A DNA stretch of 64,000 nt, taken from the NCBI GenBank assembly GCA_951406725.2, contig OX597828.1, positions 9,796,001-9,860,000 on the forward strand, read 5' to 3'. Shown here piece by piece: positions 1-14,096 of this stretch. A program made the position numbers and the translations under genes. Source of the DNA: Octopus vulgaris (taxonomy: Eukaryota). Position 1 is the stretch's first letter. Each line of letters begins with the position of its first letter. The notes under the pieces are model-generated. The model made no database searches. It had not been told where the DNA came from and saw only the letters and a program-made list of their open reading frames with translations.

Positions 1-339
1 TCTTGCAAAACGAATATATAAACGTATATATATATATGCAGAGAAGCAAAGCAGCTAGTTATAAAATTTCAAGAGATAGAGCAGTAACGTAAACAGTAAC
101 ACAAGTCGTCACACCGAAGTGGCAGTTGAATGTTCCTACTAGTTTAACCCCAGGCAGGCTTTCCGCCCGCTGGTTAACTGTGCAATTTTCTGCAACATTT
201 CTATACAATATACGGCTAGGAGGAGGACGAAACCCTACTACCGTTTTGCTATTTTGCTTGTTGCAAATCAGTGACCGATGAGCACTTTGTTTACAATATA
301 TCGCAAGCAGAAGCGAATCTTACATTCAGATAAAGTTTT

Positions 340-1480
340 TGCGTTAAAAAACGCAACCAATCTTTTCGTACGACTGGATGGAGTTGTTTGGCTCATGGGA
401 CCTCCCTGCAAGTCTGTACTGTAAAAAAGTAAATATACGTCTCACCAGTATAAATAACTCATCAGCTAAATTGAAGAAAAAATAATAAAACATTACGTGT
501 AACGTCATTCGATAGCTACCAGTGACTGTGCAAGATATAAAATGTAAATCAGCGGATGGCAAATACATCATAAAATTGAAGGAAACCTTGAAAATTAAAC
601 AGAAGTGGAACACGGATGAGAACCATTTTTCAATCTGAGACGATGTATTAGTGTGTGCACAAATGGTGTTAGTACGAACTGCACTAAAGAAAGGCGTATT
701 ATCTGAATTTCATAGTGGATACCCATGGATGTCAAGAATCAAAGTCTTCATAAATAAGGAATTACAATGTTTGGCCAACAATGGACCGGAACATTGAAAA
801 TTTGGAGAAATCAAGTAGAAGTTTTGCGCTAGCAGACAAGACACCTCCGGTGAAATACATAGTGTCCTTAGACGGATAGTCCGTGCTCCAGGGTACATAT
901 AGATTATACTGGACCGGTGAATTGCGCTTACATTGATAATTCTGGGCTAGGAGAACGATTTGTAGACACTTTTAAGTGAGCGCTAAAAAGCAGCTAGGAA
1001 CGTGTTAGGAATTGAGGGAGTGCTAACTTAATTCTTAAGGGTGTACGGAATAATGCCAAATCCGAATACAAGTTGAAGCACGTCACCTGCAGAGATAACG
1101 TTCGTTCGGGAAATAAAATCTATCTTCGACAAATAGTTGCAAAAAATAAGCGTATAGAAAAAATTTAAAATTATTAATAAAACATTTTGATGTGGGAGAC
1201 AAAGTCCATTTCAAAATATATGAGAAGGCTAAAGAAGGTTGAGAGGACGGTATGATGATGAAACGATTTGGAATCATGATGTATTTCATAAAAGGCCAAC
1301 GATGGGAGCATAAATGACGCCTAAATCAATTCAAAACTAGACATAGGGAAGAAAGGAATTAAATTTCAACGGAAGTGTTTTACGCCATGTTCAATGTGTC
1401 AGCGCCAAAAGTGATGGAGCTTAAAAGGGGCAGAATCAGAAAACGTGAGTTGGATGAACATTAAGAAATAATTCCTAAAA
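340..1480 (+). mobile_element. Degenerate Ty3/gypsy (K02A2.6-like) LTR retrotransposon integrase region
   Basis: Manual translation across stops and frameshifts gives EFHSGYPWMSRIK, VWPTMDRNIENLEKS (zinc-finger region), SRVHIDYTGPVN, ERFVDTFK*ALK, PNPNT..SPAEITF and FDVGDKVHFK..G*EDG..HK*RLNQF, in the order of gypsy integrase motifs. Confidence 0.85.
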
Positions 1481-1604
1481 GGAAAAGGTTTTGAACACAC
1501 TAGGGAATCAAAATTTCAAAAAGGGAGTGGTGTTGGAGAAAACAGTTAAATTAAAATAGAATAAATTTTGTTACATACGGAAGTCGAAATCTCAAAAAGG
1601 GATA

Positions 1605-1837
1605 TGTTGGGGTGAGAGTCACGATACCCTCTGTGAGAATAGACTGACCGATCGACCATAAAGAGTAGCGGTTTCAGTGAGATTGCGAGAGTAAGTGTTA
1701 ATCGCAGGAAGTCCAAAGATGTCGTGTTGGTAATTTGTCGGTGTATAGTTTGTTGGTTCGTGTATAGTTCGTGGAGAGTTTTTTTCGATTCTTACGTTGT
1801 TGTTACGCTGCTGCATTATATATTTGTTGTTACAACA
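1605..1837 (+). mobile_element. Probable 3' LTR of the gypsy element
   Basis: Starts TGTTG and ends CAACA (5-bp terminal inverted repeat). It follows a purine-rich tract (AAAAAGGGA, ~1594-1602) just downstream of the integrase remnant. Confidence 0.6.
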
Positions 1838-2567
1838 CAATTACAGTGTAAAAAATATCGTCATAAATAGTAGCGACACTACAATATATGGCGACGAGTA
1901 ACTAGGTTACAATAATTAACATGCTTCATGCAACAGCATTTACATAAATTTTGATATGGTATGTACTTTGCACTATATGAACTACAGTCGATAACAGAGA
2001 TCAACGGTCAGTATAGTTAAGAGAAATATTTATTGTTGGAATTTATATTGTCATATATGTAGATCCATCTCCTCTTTTAATATGTTTGGTAAATTGATCT
2101 CTTTATTTCTATCAACAGTTTCGAATACATTACTCCATTTCGGGTACACGAGATCTAAAATCTTTCAAGTATTTATTACCAAAATAACGGGAATTCGGTA
2201 AGCAGACATATATTTATGAAACTGCGTAAATTACGTAATTTTGTCTTGGCATTTAAATAGAAAGCACTTCGTTAAATATTATAAGTAATGTAAATTTATT
2301 TATATTGATAAGTACAGGGTAACTTTTAAGTGTGATACGAAGCGATTCATGCAGTATTTCTAGCTGATATTATTGTATTGCTGATGGTATTACCTCCGCC
2401 GCCGCCGCTACTGCTGCTGCTACTGGCATTGATGATGAAGATGATGCTGATGTGGGACATGAAGTGGTTGTGTTTGGTAGATGGAGTAAGCTAAATGAAT
2501 ATACATCATACAGCATTCCATTATTTTGTTAGTAGTCTCATTAGACTGCAATAATACAAGAGCGGAA

Positions 2568-2733
2568 GTTATTCTTTGCTACTCTAGGTACAAGGCCCGA
2601 AATTTTGGGGTAGGGGGTACTTAATTCACCGACCCCGAAAGGATGAAAGGCGAAGTCGACCTCGGCGGAATTTGAACTCAGAACGCAAAGAGAAACGAAA
2701 TACCGCTAAGCATTTCTGACAGCTCGCTGCCTT
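2568..2733 (-). mobile_element. tRNA-derived SINE, family A (internally deleted)
   Basis: Minus strand has an AAGGCAGCGAGCTG head and a GAGTTCAAATTCC B box, homologous to 4436-4668. Flanked by an 11-bp TSD CAAGAGCGGAA (2557-2567 and 2734-2744). Confidence 0.85.
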
Positions 2734-3242
2734 CAAGAGCGGAACCTACTATGGTTTTTGTTGATCATAGAGCTCTTAGAACTTATTTTCGTATGGTATG
2801 TCAAATATGAATCTGTTTGAATGAAACCACATATCTATTAGCGGGATATATACATCATGAGAAAGAGCAGCACAAGTAATTATATCGGCTTAAAAATAAA
2901 ATACATACCCCTCACGCACACATATATACAAATCTGCAAACATAAATGCACAGTCACATAGACAAACGCATATAAACACACACATAGAGAGAGACATACT
3001 GACAAAGAAAGAGAGAGAGATACTATTCAAAATACACAACCAGTCCACGTATCTTACAAAGACTTTTAAAATAGACAAAAATGTTTTGAGTAATTATCAT
3101 CATATCACCTTTATTAATAAAAAGTAACATACATTATAGTGGACTATTTTAACGATATAGTCATGTCTTCGCCAATAATTGAGATTTTTATTCTCAAGTT
3201 GGCCTAGAAAACAATGCGTTTAACAAAGTTTACTTATCTCGT

Positions 3243-3354
3243 GATGATGATGATCATGATGACGACAGCGATTATGATGATGATGATGATGATGAGGATG
3301 ATGATGGTGGTGGTGGTGGTGGTGGTGGTAGTGGTGGTCATGATGATGGTGATG

Positions 3355-3396
<42 letters not shown>

Positions 3397-3450
3397 GTGA
3401 TGGTGATGGTGATGATGATGATGGTGATGATGATGATGATGATGATGATG
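3243..3450. repeat. (ATG/GTG)n trinucleotide microsatellite
   Basis: Directly visible; produces the spurious poly-M, poly-H and poly-I ORFs. Confidence 0.95.
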
Positions 3451-3679
3451 TACAAGTATGTGCGGAAGAAAATGAAAAATCAGATGTAACGACGATATAG
3501 GCGAAGGGGTGAGGACAATGAAAACGTTGTGTTGGACGGTAAAATCGAAATGCAAGCGGATTCGTCTACTCTGCAATGATATATAACAAGACCAATAAAA
3601 TTATTTGAGAAGTGATTAATTATGTGATTAATGTCTGTAATTTCTCCCTATCCCTAACTCAATAAAATTTGGAACATGG

Positions 3680-3715
<36 letters not shown>

Positions 3716-4435
3716 ACAGGCACCAGAAATGTGTCTTTATCAAGAATTATAGTTAGGCGAAATCAGCTTTTAAGAATATCCCAATGCATGTTTTATTTAT
3801 TTTTTCCTAGAACATAGAAATCCCATTAGATTTTCTGACTACATTACACTCGAGATTTTGAATTTTGTTTGATTTAGCTTTCTTCATTAATTATAATTAA
3901 TTTAACAATAAAATAAACAGAAAAATGATTTTAGCTACGATAACATTAAAGACAGCAGAACTGGGCACTATCTAATGTATAAAATATGATTTAAAATTTT
4001 AAAATTATGTTTCTTACAATTGTAAAGTGACAGTACAACATAATATGCTTCTATCTGATAGAGTTTGCAGTAAATCTATTTTATGTCTTTGCTGCCAATT
4101 TAGAGATAAGATGATTAAGTTGGAGACTATGCTGAGTATTCTAGTATTTTTCTTTATCGGTTTTATCTGTGTGATGTAAAAGTTTCATTTCGTAATCCAT
4201 TATGTTCATAAATCTAGTCATCAGCGAATTATATTCAAATAGTCGACAACTACGACACCCAGCGCTGCATTCGAAGCAAACGTATAAATTTATATAAACA
4301 GATATTATATATGTAAAATAGCAATGCTGCCATAAATTTATTTCCAAAACTTCTTTCCATAAGGACCTCATGTTACTTGCACTATATATATAAAATCACC
4401 GTAACTGAATAGGTACAAATTTGCAATAAATATAT

Positions 4436-4668
4436 ATTTCTTTACTACCCACAAGGGGCTACACACAGAGGGGACAAACAAGGACAGACAAACGGATTAG
4501 GTCGATTATATGGACACCAATGCGCAACTGGTACTTAATTTATCGACCCCGAGAGGATGAAAGGCTAAGTCGACCTCGGCGGAATTTGAACCCAGGACGT
4601 AGCGGCAGACGAAATACGGCTACGCATTTCGCCCGGCGTGCTAACGATTCTACCAGCTCGCCGCCTTT
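4436..4668 (-). mobile_element. tRNA-derived SINE, family A (near full length)
   Basis: Minus strand reads AAGGCGGCGAGCTGGTAGAATCG (A box) then GGGTTCAAATTCC (B box). Flanked by a 17-bp TSD with one mismatch, ATTTG(C/T)AATAAATATAT (4419-4435 and 4671-4687). Confidence 0.9.
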
Positions 4669-5394
4669 ATATTTGTAATAAATATATGTTTATTCTCAGG
4701 TTTGGCTTAAGATTTTCATCTTCCAAATAGGGATGTGAGTTCGCTTATGCCTCTACAACTAGACATATGCTAAGAGGATATTTGCAATTCTATGTGGATA
4801 AGGAACAGTTTAGTGAAATCTGATCAACGAATTCACTCGCTTATGGAATTAACGTGCAAGTTGCAGACAACTCCGCAGGCACAAAGCGTCGAGTTAGAAT
4901 AAATTATTTATTGGTAGAATTTGCGATGATACTGCTACTGCACAAACAGATACCTTATAGCGCATCAGTGAAAAAGCTCACTCGACTGTGTGTTTCACAC
5001 AAACACACACTTAATATTAACCCCGCTGACACCCTGTCTTCGATATTTCCCGTTTTAAAACTGTAACTAAAATGGTGTCTGTGTCATGCTCAGTTATTCC
5101 CGACTCACTTGTCTCTCCTGAATTTTTAACCCATATTATAGCTACCCAACTTACCCCAACCCACCGCTAGCTGACATACCAAATCCTTCCTTCACACCTG
5201 GAATATGTGCCACCTGAAATTCGCTATCTAAAACTGTTTATTTTTGTGACATCAAAGAGAGAGAGTTTAAGCGGAACATTTCGTAGTGGATAGCACCATT
5301 CTGAAAGCGTCAGCAAATTTCACGATAAACTTGAAAACGAAACCTAAACAGGAAAGTACAATATGAATGGGTAGCGTATTAGTGGCTTTCCACA

Positions 5395-6636
5395 TACGCG
5401 AGTCGTCCGAAATGGCTAAGGGCTGACGAAGATACTCCCATAGAATATGACCAAATCAAATTTGCTTTTCAGCATCGTCGTCCTTGCGGTCCATACGTTT
5501 TTATTCCATCAAATTAGCAGTGCATTTATCCCATTGGTGGAGACTCTTTCATCCAGTTGGTCAGAAAGTCATTGATATGNNNNNNNNNNNNNNNNNNNNN
5601 NNNNNNNNNNNNNNNNNNNNNNNNNNNNNNNNNNNNNNNNNNNNNNNNNNNNNNNNNNNNNNNNNNNNNNNNNNNNNNNTCCAGTTGGTCAGAGAGTCAT
5701 TGATATGAAGTCATTGTCACAACGATACAAGTTCCCAGCCAAGTGTTATGTTCAGTAACAGATGATAGTCTGATGACGCGAAATGAAAAGAATAGGAAGG
5801 TTGATCAACCAGTTCAAAGCCATTGTCTCGCACAGCATTCATTGAAACCAAGGACTTGTATACTGGGGCATTGGCAGTTTTCCATTCGTCCGTTTTCCTA
5901 AGCTTTTAATTTTTTAACTGCCTCACCATGTAGGTCATATGCATGTTTAAAGACTGTGCCCAATTTGAAAAGAATTTGCCCGTTTCAGAGCAGAAAAAGG
6001 TCTGTTTCCACCGCGTGTTTTGTCTGAGCATCACTGACTCTCAGTGATGAACTTATCCTAGTTTAGAAAACGTTCGAGGAAACCAGCTGGATGTGCCTCA
6101 AACTATATCAGAATTTTCTGGGGTGATCAACTTGGTGCGCTTTTGACCAGATGTCAGAGAACTTGTTGGCAACCAGCTTTGTCACGCCGAGATCATTGCG
6201 CATTATATTGTCAACTCTCACACGGAATATACTAATAAAATTGGCTACTTGATTTAGAGTCAATCACCTGTCATCCATCACCATGTAGTGAATATGATGA
6301 ATATTTTCCACGGTGCTAGATGCAAGATGTCCAGATCTTAGGTCTTCTTCAAGACTTTTCCTTCCCTTCTTAACTTCATCCATTCAATATTGAATCATTG
6401 ATAAAACTGTAGCAACCATTTAAGCATGAATGTCGTTGGGCTTTCAACCATGATGCTAAATTATGCCCATTTTCAGAGATGTTGCTACTAATTACATTTC
6501 ACATATTATTAAACAGTCAGATGTCAGTTGACTGGAAAGAAACAATGCAGTTGTTAAAAAGTAGAATGGAAGGAGATTTCAAAGCTCAAGAATCAACTCT
6601 TTCTAAGAGCTTATGCATATTTTAGCCTATCCTCGT
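5395..6636 (-). mobile_element. Degenerate mariner transposon
   Basis: Minus-strand translation gives MVMDDR*LTLNQVAN (HTH region) and NAPVYKSLVSMNAVRDNGFELVDQPSYSFHFASSDYHL, a decayed version of DNAPAH...HPPYSPDLAPSDYHLF. Many stops and frameshifts; interrupted by the N gap. Confidence 0.85.
5580..5679. other. Assembly gap (100 N)
   Basis: Run of exactly 100 N with a 28-bp near-identical sequence on each side. Confidence 0.98.
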
Positions 6637-6788
6637 CGATAAAAGAAAAAAGCACTGCCACTAAATACTATTTCACAGAAACGGAGTTAATTCAGTGATT
6701 AACAGAATGAAGTAAATGTACATCTGACACGTTCTCATGGATATTTCCAGGTTTTGTCTCGAGTTATATCAAGCTGAAATATTTTCAT

Positions 6789-6850
<62 letters not shown>

Positions 6851-6894
6851 GGCAATTGCCGCAGCATGGTCACAGCTCATAAGCTGAAACTGGA

Positions 6895-6936
6895 AAAATC
6901 AAAATCAAAATCAAAATCAAAATCAAAATCAAAATC
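6895..6936. repeat. (AAAATC)n hexanucleotide repeat within a compound (TA)/(GATA)/(GAAA) cluster
   Basis: Directly visible, about 7 units. Confidence 0.9.
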
Positions 6937-7638
6937 ATATATATATATATATAGATAGATAGACAGATAGATAGATAGATATATAGATAGAAAGGAATAA
7001 ATAAATAAATAAAGAAAGAAAGAAAGAAAGAAAGAAAAACTGATAGATAGATATAGATAGATTAACTATGATTAGAAATTTTATTACCTTCGTATTAAGT
7101 GCGAAAACACAGTTAAGTAAGTATATACTTTGCATCTTATTAGTTAGTTTCAATATAAAATTAAAGTTTTTATTCATGTAAGGATGAAATACAAAAGCTC
7201 TGTAAATACCAGTGATATTGAATATGCGAAAATTAACATTTCTCGACAGCATATTTGTGTTTGTCCGTGAATATAACAACATATGTAATGGGGTGCTTTT
7301 ATGTATTCTCTAGAAAGCATAGTGTGACACAAAAATTCTATAAAGAAAGACAGATTTGAGCGCACTCTCTAGCATTATAGCTTCGTTGTAAGATTGATAG
7401 ATGCAGGCAGAAATATAAGTTTAGGCCGTGTTTATAAATAGATATTGACCTACCTTGAAAATGGACTTAAAATATGAAATGAGAAGTTGATTAGGTGCTA
7501 TATTTCAACAGATGTAGAGAAAGCTTTTTATGAAGCAGAAGTTATATTTCCACACACACACACATACATAAATATATACATATATACATACATATTTATA
7601 TGTATGTATATATATATATATATACATCTATATGTATG

Positions 7639-7712
<74 letters not shown>

Positions 7713-7756
7713 ACTATATACATATGTAAATGTATATACATACATATATATTTATG

Positions 7757-7807
<51 letters not shown>

Positions 7808-8370
7808 CAGCTTGTGTGCTTGAGTGTGTGCGAATATACGAATATATGTATTCATTCATACATGTACATACACATACATACGCACACACATGTAAATATG
7901 AATGCACACATACCTTCATATTCTAGCATAAGATTGGGCGTACCGATGTATGTGTGTGTACGTTTATCTTTTCATACCTGTCTGCGTTCCGTCTAGGTAT
8001 ATACGTGTATATATAATATTTTAGACAGTTGAATTTGTTCGTTTATTCATTGATATCTATTTTCAGCCATACTTCCGATTGTGTGGGTTATCAGGTAATG
8101 GGTATAATATAAAACAAAAGAAAATTGCCAATGTCATGATATAATGATTGATCGAGTTATGAACATGGAATGTACAGTAGAAAAGGTTGACATAGTTCAG
8201 TGACTGCTATGGCAACAATAACCTAATAATGTTGTCTCTCAACGTATGGTTTATAGACATGTAGGTTTATGCTTATATACCAATGCAAACATCACTCCAT
8301 TACTTTGTTTTAAGAGTGATTTTCTCATAAATACATACATTCATATATATATATATATATAGATAGATAT

Positions 8371-8403
<33 letters not shown>

Positions 8404-8435
8404 CAGACACGAACGCACTCACACACACACACACT

Positions 8436-8510
<75 letters not shown>

Positions 8511-8515
8511 GTATA

Positions 8516-9713
8516 TACAGGGTGCGGAAGGTATTTGTGTATACATGCATTTTTAGTCGTTCTTTATTTGTCTTATTATTGAACTTCAAATTTCAGAAAA
8601 AAACAATGACCGGCCGTATGCTTGTTAATGAAAGGAAAAGGTATGTTGTGCTTGTGTTTTGAAGGCTAAGCATGGTGATTTAGGGATTTTCCGTTCTCTG
8701 AAATTTGCAAGATCTTTTGTCCACAGGATTCGGTGTGAGTCAGAGAAAGAAGAGGAAAGCGTATTACCTATACCAAAGCTGAAAAAAAAAAAAAAAATTC
8801 CAAACGCTCTCATTCTATTAGGACACATGAATTTATTCAGGAAGTTAAGCAAGTCATTGAGGATAATGCATGAAAATCAATCAGGTCATTTGGAAAAATA
8901 ATTCGTGTGGGTAAGAAACTTTCATAAATATTGTGCATAAAGACGTTGGATACAAATTTTGCGTGGTGAGGAGAGGTCATTTCATGTCAGAAAAAACAAC
9001 AGAAATCCGTTTAATCAGATCCAAAAGATTTTTGAACAAATTTCAAAAATCTATCAGAAGATGGTGTGATTTGTTTTTCTTTTCTGTTTTTTGTTGTCAG
9101 TGGAAAAATATTTGACTAGAACCAGAAAACTAACAAGAAATGACAGTTCCAAGAATAGTCCACACAAAACTTCCAGCAAGTATAATGATTTGGGTGTTGT
9201 TAGCAATGAAAGGTAAGTGATGGTTCTTCACGTTTTCTTCACAAGGCCTTAGGATGAATGCTGCTTCTTATATTGAGGTTCTAGGTAAAGTTTTTAAGTC
9301 TTGGATCAACAGCGTATGGAATGGAAGACTTTATCTTATGTCTTTCAACAAAATTTTGCACCATCAAACAAGGCTCAAATTACACAAGAATGGATGGCCG
9401 ACAATTTGCAAGATCACATCACAACCATCATTTGGACTCCTAATTTTCCAGAACTCAAACCACTGGACTACTATATATGGAACACCCCATAACAGAAAAG
9501 ATTCTTTCAAAGACGCCATAGTTCACGTCATGTCCGATAAGAACGATAACGAGGCAGTTATTGATGTTTATGGTGGTTTTATTGAATGATAGTATTAAAT
9601 TGATAATTTAGTTTTATGTGTATGTTACTTTTATAAAAATACACTTTTTTCTGTTATGATATTAGTGTGTTTTTAAAACCATAACTCTATCCTCAAATAT
9701 CATGAGCACCATG
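8516..9713 (+). mobile_element. Degenerate Tc1/mariner-superfamily transposon (maT/DD37D-like)
   Basis: Imperfect TIRs CAGGGTGCGGAAGGTATTTG / CAAATATCATGAGCACCATG. ORF pieces MNAASYIEVL..KSWI and YVFQQNFAPSNKAQITQEW..IWTPNFPELKPLDYYIW correspond to the QQDSAP and WPPSSPDLNPLDY motifs. Confidence 0.8.
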
Positions 9714-9750
9714 AATATATACATACATATATATATATATACTTCATTTT

Positions 9751-9807
<57 letters not shown>

Positions 9808-9852
9808 TATTTATATGAATATACATATATATGTATATATACATGCACTTAT

Positions 9853-9921
<69 letters not shown>

Positions 9922-10099
9922 CATACATATACTAGTAATATCAGTGATGTTATTAATTCAAATTAATTCAAGTAATATAATTAGAAAAGATAAAACAAAA
10001 AAAAACTTTTCCCGGAAAATGTTAGACATATCTATGTCAATATTCGTTATAAGCTTGGTAAGAAGATATGCATTACCTTATTTAATTAAAATAAACTAA

Positions 10100-12270
10100 T
10101 CCAAAATAAGCCTGGAAGGTTTGAAAGAAACATACTAAGGAGATTGTGAATGTGCTAATTCGGAATTTTGTTACAAAGAAATAGGACATGATTATACAAG
10201 AAATTTGGATATTATTAAGAATAAGGAACTAAAGGAGATTATGAGTAAAGGGACAAACTATAGAGAACAAGGTAAGATTAGTAAATATAATTTAAAGAAA
10301 GTTATATTACAAGCCATTGTGGAGGCGCAATGGCCCAGTAGTTAGGGCAGCGTACTCGCGGTCATAGGATCGCGGTTTCGATTCCCAGACCGGGCGTTGT
10401 GAGTGTTTATTGAGCGAAAACACCTAAAAGCTCCACGAGGCTCCGGCAGGGGATGGTGGTGATCCCTGCTGTACTCTTTCACCACAACTTTCTCTCACTC
10501 TTACTTCCTGTTTCTGTTGTACCTGTATTTCAAAGGGCCGTGTGTCACGCTGAATATCCCCGAGAACTACGTTAAGGGTGCACGTGTCTGTGGAGTGCTC
10601 AGCCACTTACACGTTAATTTTACGAGCAGGCTGTTCCGTTGATTCGGATCAACCGGAACCCTCATCGTCGTAACCGACGGAGTGCTTCCATCCACAAGCC
10701 ATTAATGAGTTCATAGTTAATTTAAGTCTCAAATATATGTTTAACATGGAGCAGTTTAATAGCTGAGTTAGCAAATTAACTTGTATTGTAGTTAAACAAG
10801 TAGTTTAAATATTTAAATATAATATAGTTAAACATTTAAAGAAATATAAGTTGATAGGAAACGATTCAGTCCTGAATAAACCGCTATTTAAATAATTCAT
10901 AGATAAATTACATAAAAAGTTTGTAATAGTACCAGCAGATAAAGCAGCAGGGAATTTTGTAGCAATTTGTATGATAGTTATAGGTAATTTGTATGATGGT
11001 ATAGGTAAAGAGTTAGGAGTGAATAAAAAATTTAAGTTTATAGGTAATAACACATACAAAGTTATACCTGAAAACGTTAATGGGTTCGTTAATAGACTTA
11101 TACCCACAGTAAAATGATTGAGTAGTTTAGAAGTAGAAGTGGATAAAATATTCCTAACCTTTTTTGAATTGTTAAATACATAATGTCCCTTTTAAACTTA
11201 GATTCATAGAATGAGCTTGTTATTGTACAAATAAACAGCTATGTTGATTAATGATGCTTTAAAATATGTTACAACATATTTTTTATATATTGAGACAAAA
11301 TTTATAACAGTTCAGGTATTAAATATTTTTGGACTTTTAGAGTATGTATGTGTATGATTTTTCATCGCTATATACTAACCTAAATCTAAAATGTGTAGGG
11401 GATGGTAATTGTAGAATATTAGATATTATTGTTAATACAGGATATAAATGTATATCTTTAAAAAATGGTAACGGTTTCTTATCTAATTGTTGTTATAAGG
11501 GCTATACTAAATTAAGTAAAAGAAAATTAGAAGAAATGGTTAGTTTTATTATTAATAATTCGTTTGTAATGTTTGTAATGTGTTGAGCAGTGTAGGAGTC
11601 CAATTGGTAAAAATTGTTGCCCCATATTGGCGGACCTTTATCTTTCTCCATGCGAGTTCCATTTTCTTAAAGACTTATGTGCTAGGAGAAAAGATGGATT
11701 TGCTGCAACAACTTGATGGATGCTGCAGATACATATATGATATATTTATACTTAATTATGGTTTCCTTGAATTTTTACTCAGAAAAATACACCTTAGTGA
11801 GCTTATAATCTACAGAAATGTTAACAAGATAAAATATATTAATTATTTAGATGTCAATCTAGTAATTAAGAATCATAATGAAGTACGTAATGACATTGAT
11901 AATAAACAGAAAATTTTGGTTTCCAAGTGGATTCAAAGCCATGGGTCAGTGGTGAAATTCCTTCTTTTGTTGGCTATTGTGTTTTTGCTGGGCAAATTAT
12001 TAGATATAGTACTATTATTAATAATGCTAATCAATTTTCGGAAACAATGAATAAACTGTTAAGACATTTAGTTAAACAAGGGTATAAATATGGTAAATTG
12101 GATAACACTTTTAATCGCTGTTTAGGTGGGAAACTTGAAATTTTAAGTAAATGTGGAGTAATATCTAGTTTTCAATTTAGCAAGTATTTGAAAGTATTTG
12201 GAAGTTTTACGATTCGAGTTATTTGCTTACTACCTCACCAATATTGTTTGAGACATTTGAGGAAGTAGTA
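10100..12270 (+). mobile_element. Degenerate Penelope-like element (PLE) reverse transcriptase region
   Basis: Fragments in order: FVIVPADKAAGNF, YDFSSLYTNL, a decayed G.P.G..CAP..ADL region, CRYIYDIFILN, YLDVNL and PWVSGEIPSFVGYCVFAGQIIRY. This matches the PLE RT motif order. Multiple frameshifts and a SINE insertion. Confidence 0.75.
10319..10693 (+). mobile_element. tRNA-derived SINE, family B, inserted into the PLE remnant
   Basis: tRNA-like head GGAGGCGCAATGGCCCAGTAGTTAGGGC with a GGTTTCGATTCCC B box. Flanked by a 10-bp TSD ACAAGCCATT (10309-10318 and 10694-10703). Confidence 0.9.
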
Positions 12271-13283
12271 GTTACACACTACGTCATTAGTATTTGGGTC
12301 AGTCCTTTTAATTCTTGGTGATAGAACCGCGTGTCTGATAAATCATGTCGGGTGTTAATACTTATAGATTTATTATCCTTTAAATAGTTTTAATTAGCTT
12401 TAAACATAGCAAGGATTTTTAATAACAGCTAATTACAAGTACTTTTATTAGTTCCTACTTAATAAAATTAATGTGTATAGTTGCTGGTAATTTAATATTA
12501 TAGCTTGTGCTGGTGATATATTAATGAGTGTGTAGTGTTTTATTATTAACTTTTGAATGATGAAATAATGTTTTTTCACTTATAATTATTATATCTTTAC
12601 TTAAAATAATTTCGCTTGTGTTTGTTTTGTTTTAGAGAAACTTATATAAATCTTTAACTTTTATTATAGTAGTAACTATGGAAGACAAGTGGAATTATTA
12701 TTTGTATGGACTTACATATCGGTCGCGGTTTAGCATATAATTTAGTTATTGCAGTTTACTATTAATACCTATACGATGTACATTGGTTTATATGTTTCAT
12801 TCTTATAGTTTTATTAAAGTTAGTGTTTAACCATTCCTATAAATTGATAGATTGAATGAATGTGGTCATTAAGCTTGCACTTTTATATTATACTATGGGT
12901 GATGGTAGGTATTATAATATTGACTTAATGGTTTGGTCACTGTTTAATTGCATATTCAGGAGTTGGTTGTAATTTACTTATTGAAATTATTTACCGATAA
13001 TATTGCACATAGTGCAAGTGTGCTATAGTTTCGTTGGTTTGTTTGTTCTAAAACAACACTTATTTTAGTGTTGTTGACACCGCCGGATTGAATGGTACTG
13101 CCATGGTGTCAAAACCATAATGATATCCGTGGGGCAGCTGATGATGGAAGTATGTTGGATTGCTAGTATGGCTGTTTTGTATATGTGAATTAGTTTTATT
13201 GGATTGTTGGTCCGGCTTTTCTTTTGTATATGTGGAATAGTATTGTAACACCTTATTTTGACATATATATATATATATATATA

Positions 13284-14096
13284 TACGAGGCGGTACTCGA
13301 AACAACCGGAAAGATTCTCTGTGGGATAAGCCGCGGCAGTTCGAGCTTCCGCCGCTATAAGCTATACGCTACTAAATATAACCCTCAGGCATCCGTCTGC
13401 CGACCGGGATCGTGCTTTAATCGTACTAATACATGATGCGACGTTGTATTGCAATGCTTCTTCCCTATTCGTCCATTTTTGCTAAGGAAAACAGAAGCCG
13501 AAACAGTTGTCATGCTTCTAATATCTTACGAGGACGTTCTCATGAGCAAAACTCAGCTTACGAGTGGTTTTCACGCTTTAGCATTAGTCTCTTGTCGCTA
13601 GAGGGCCATGGACACTCTCCAACTGATCTTGGAGGACCTTCTAATAATTGATGAACTTGTTGTTATGACTTAATGTGTGCTGGAGCTCCCGCCAACACCG
13701 TTTGAGCGAGGAATTGCGAGCGAAATGTGTTACAGCAAAAATTTTGCTTTGCTTCCTTACGGGAGATGAAAAATAGTCACTACTGAATGGGGTGTCGTGA
13801 ACTGAAAGAGCATTTGGAAATTGATCCGGACTTTTCTCGAAAGTAATCACTAGTGATGAAATTATATGCTACGGAATTTTCATGTGAAGTGAGAAAAATA
13901 AACAATCAAGGACGGAAGCTTTAAAAGGCATAATTTTGCATGAGTTTCAGCACTACTTCGAGAAGCGAAAATGCGACTGGACTGATACATTGCTTCAAAT
14001 GGTAAATACTTTGAAGGTGAAGAAAGTGTAAACATGTAAACCTAAGTGAATAAAATAATATTGCAAAATTCCGGTTGCTTTTGGGTACCCTTCATA
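13284..14096 (+). mobile_element. Internally deleted mariner element
   Basis: TA-flanked imperfect TIRs TACGAGGCGGTACTCGAAACAACCGGAA / TTCCGGTTGCTTTTGGGTACCCTTCATA. Residual peptides YEWFSRF, SKVITSDE and IASNGKYFEG. Confidence 0.8.

Noticed and set aside
3214-3576. Poly-Met / poly-His ORFs
   Set aside because: Products of the (ATG)n microsatellite with no flanking coding signal.
7487-7996. Numerous [12 protein letters not shown]-type ORFs here and throughout the window
   Set aside because: They are translations of (TA)n, (TG)n and (CA)n microsatellites, which lack stop codons; not genes.
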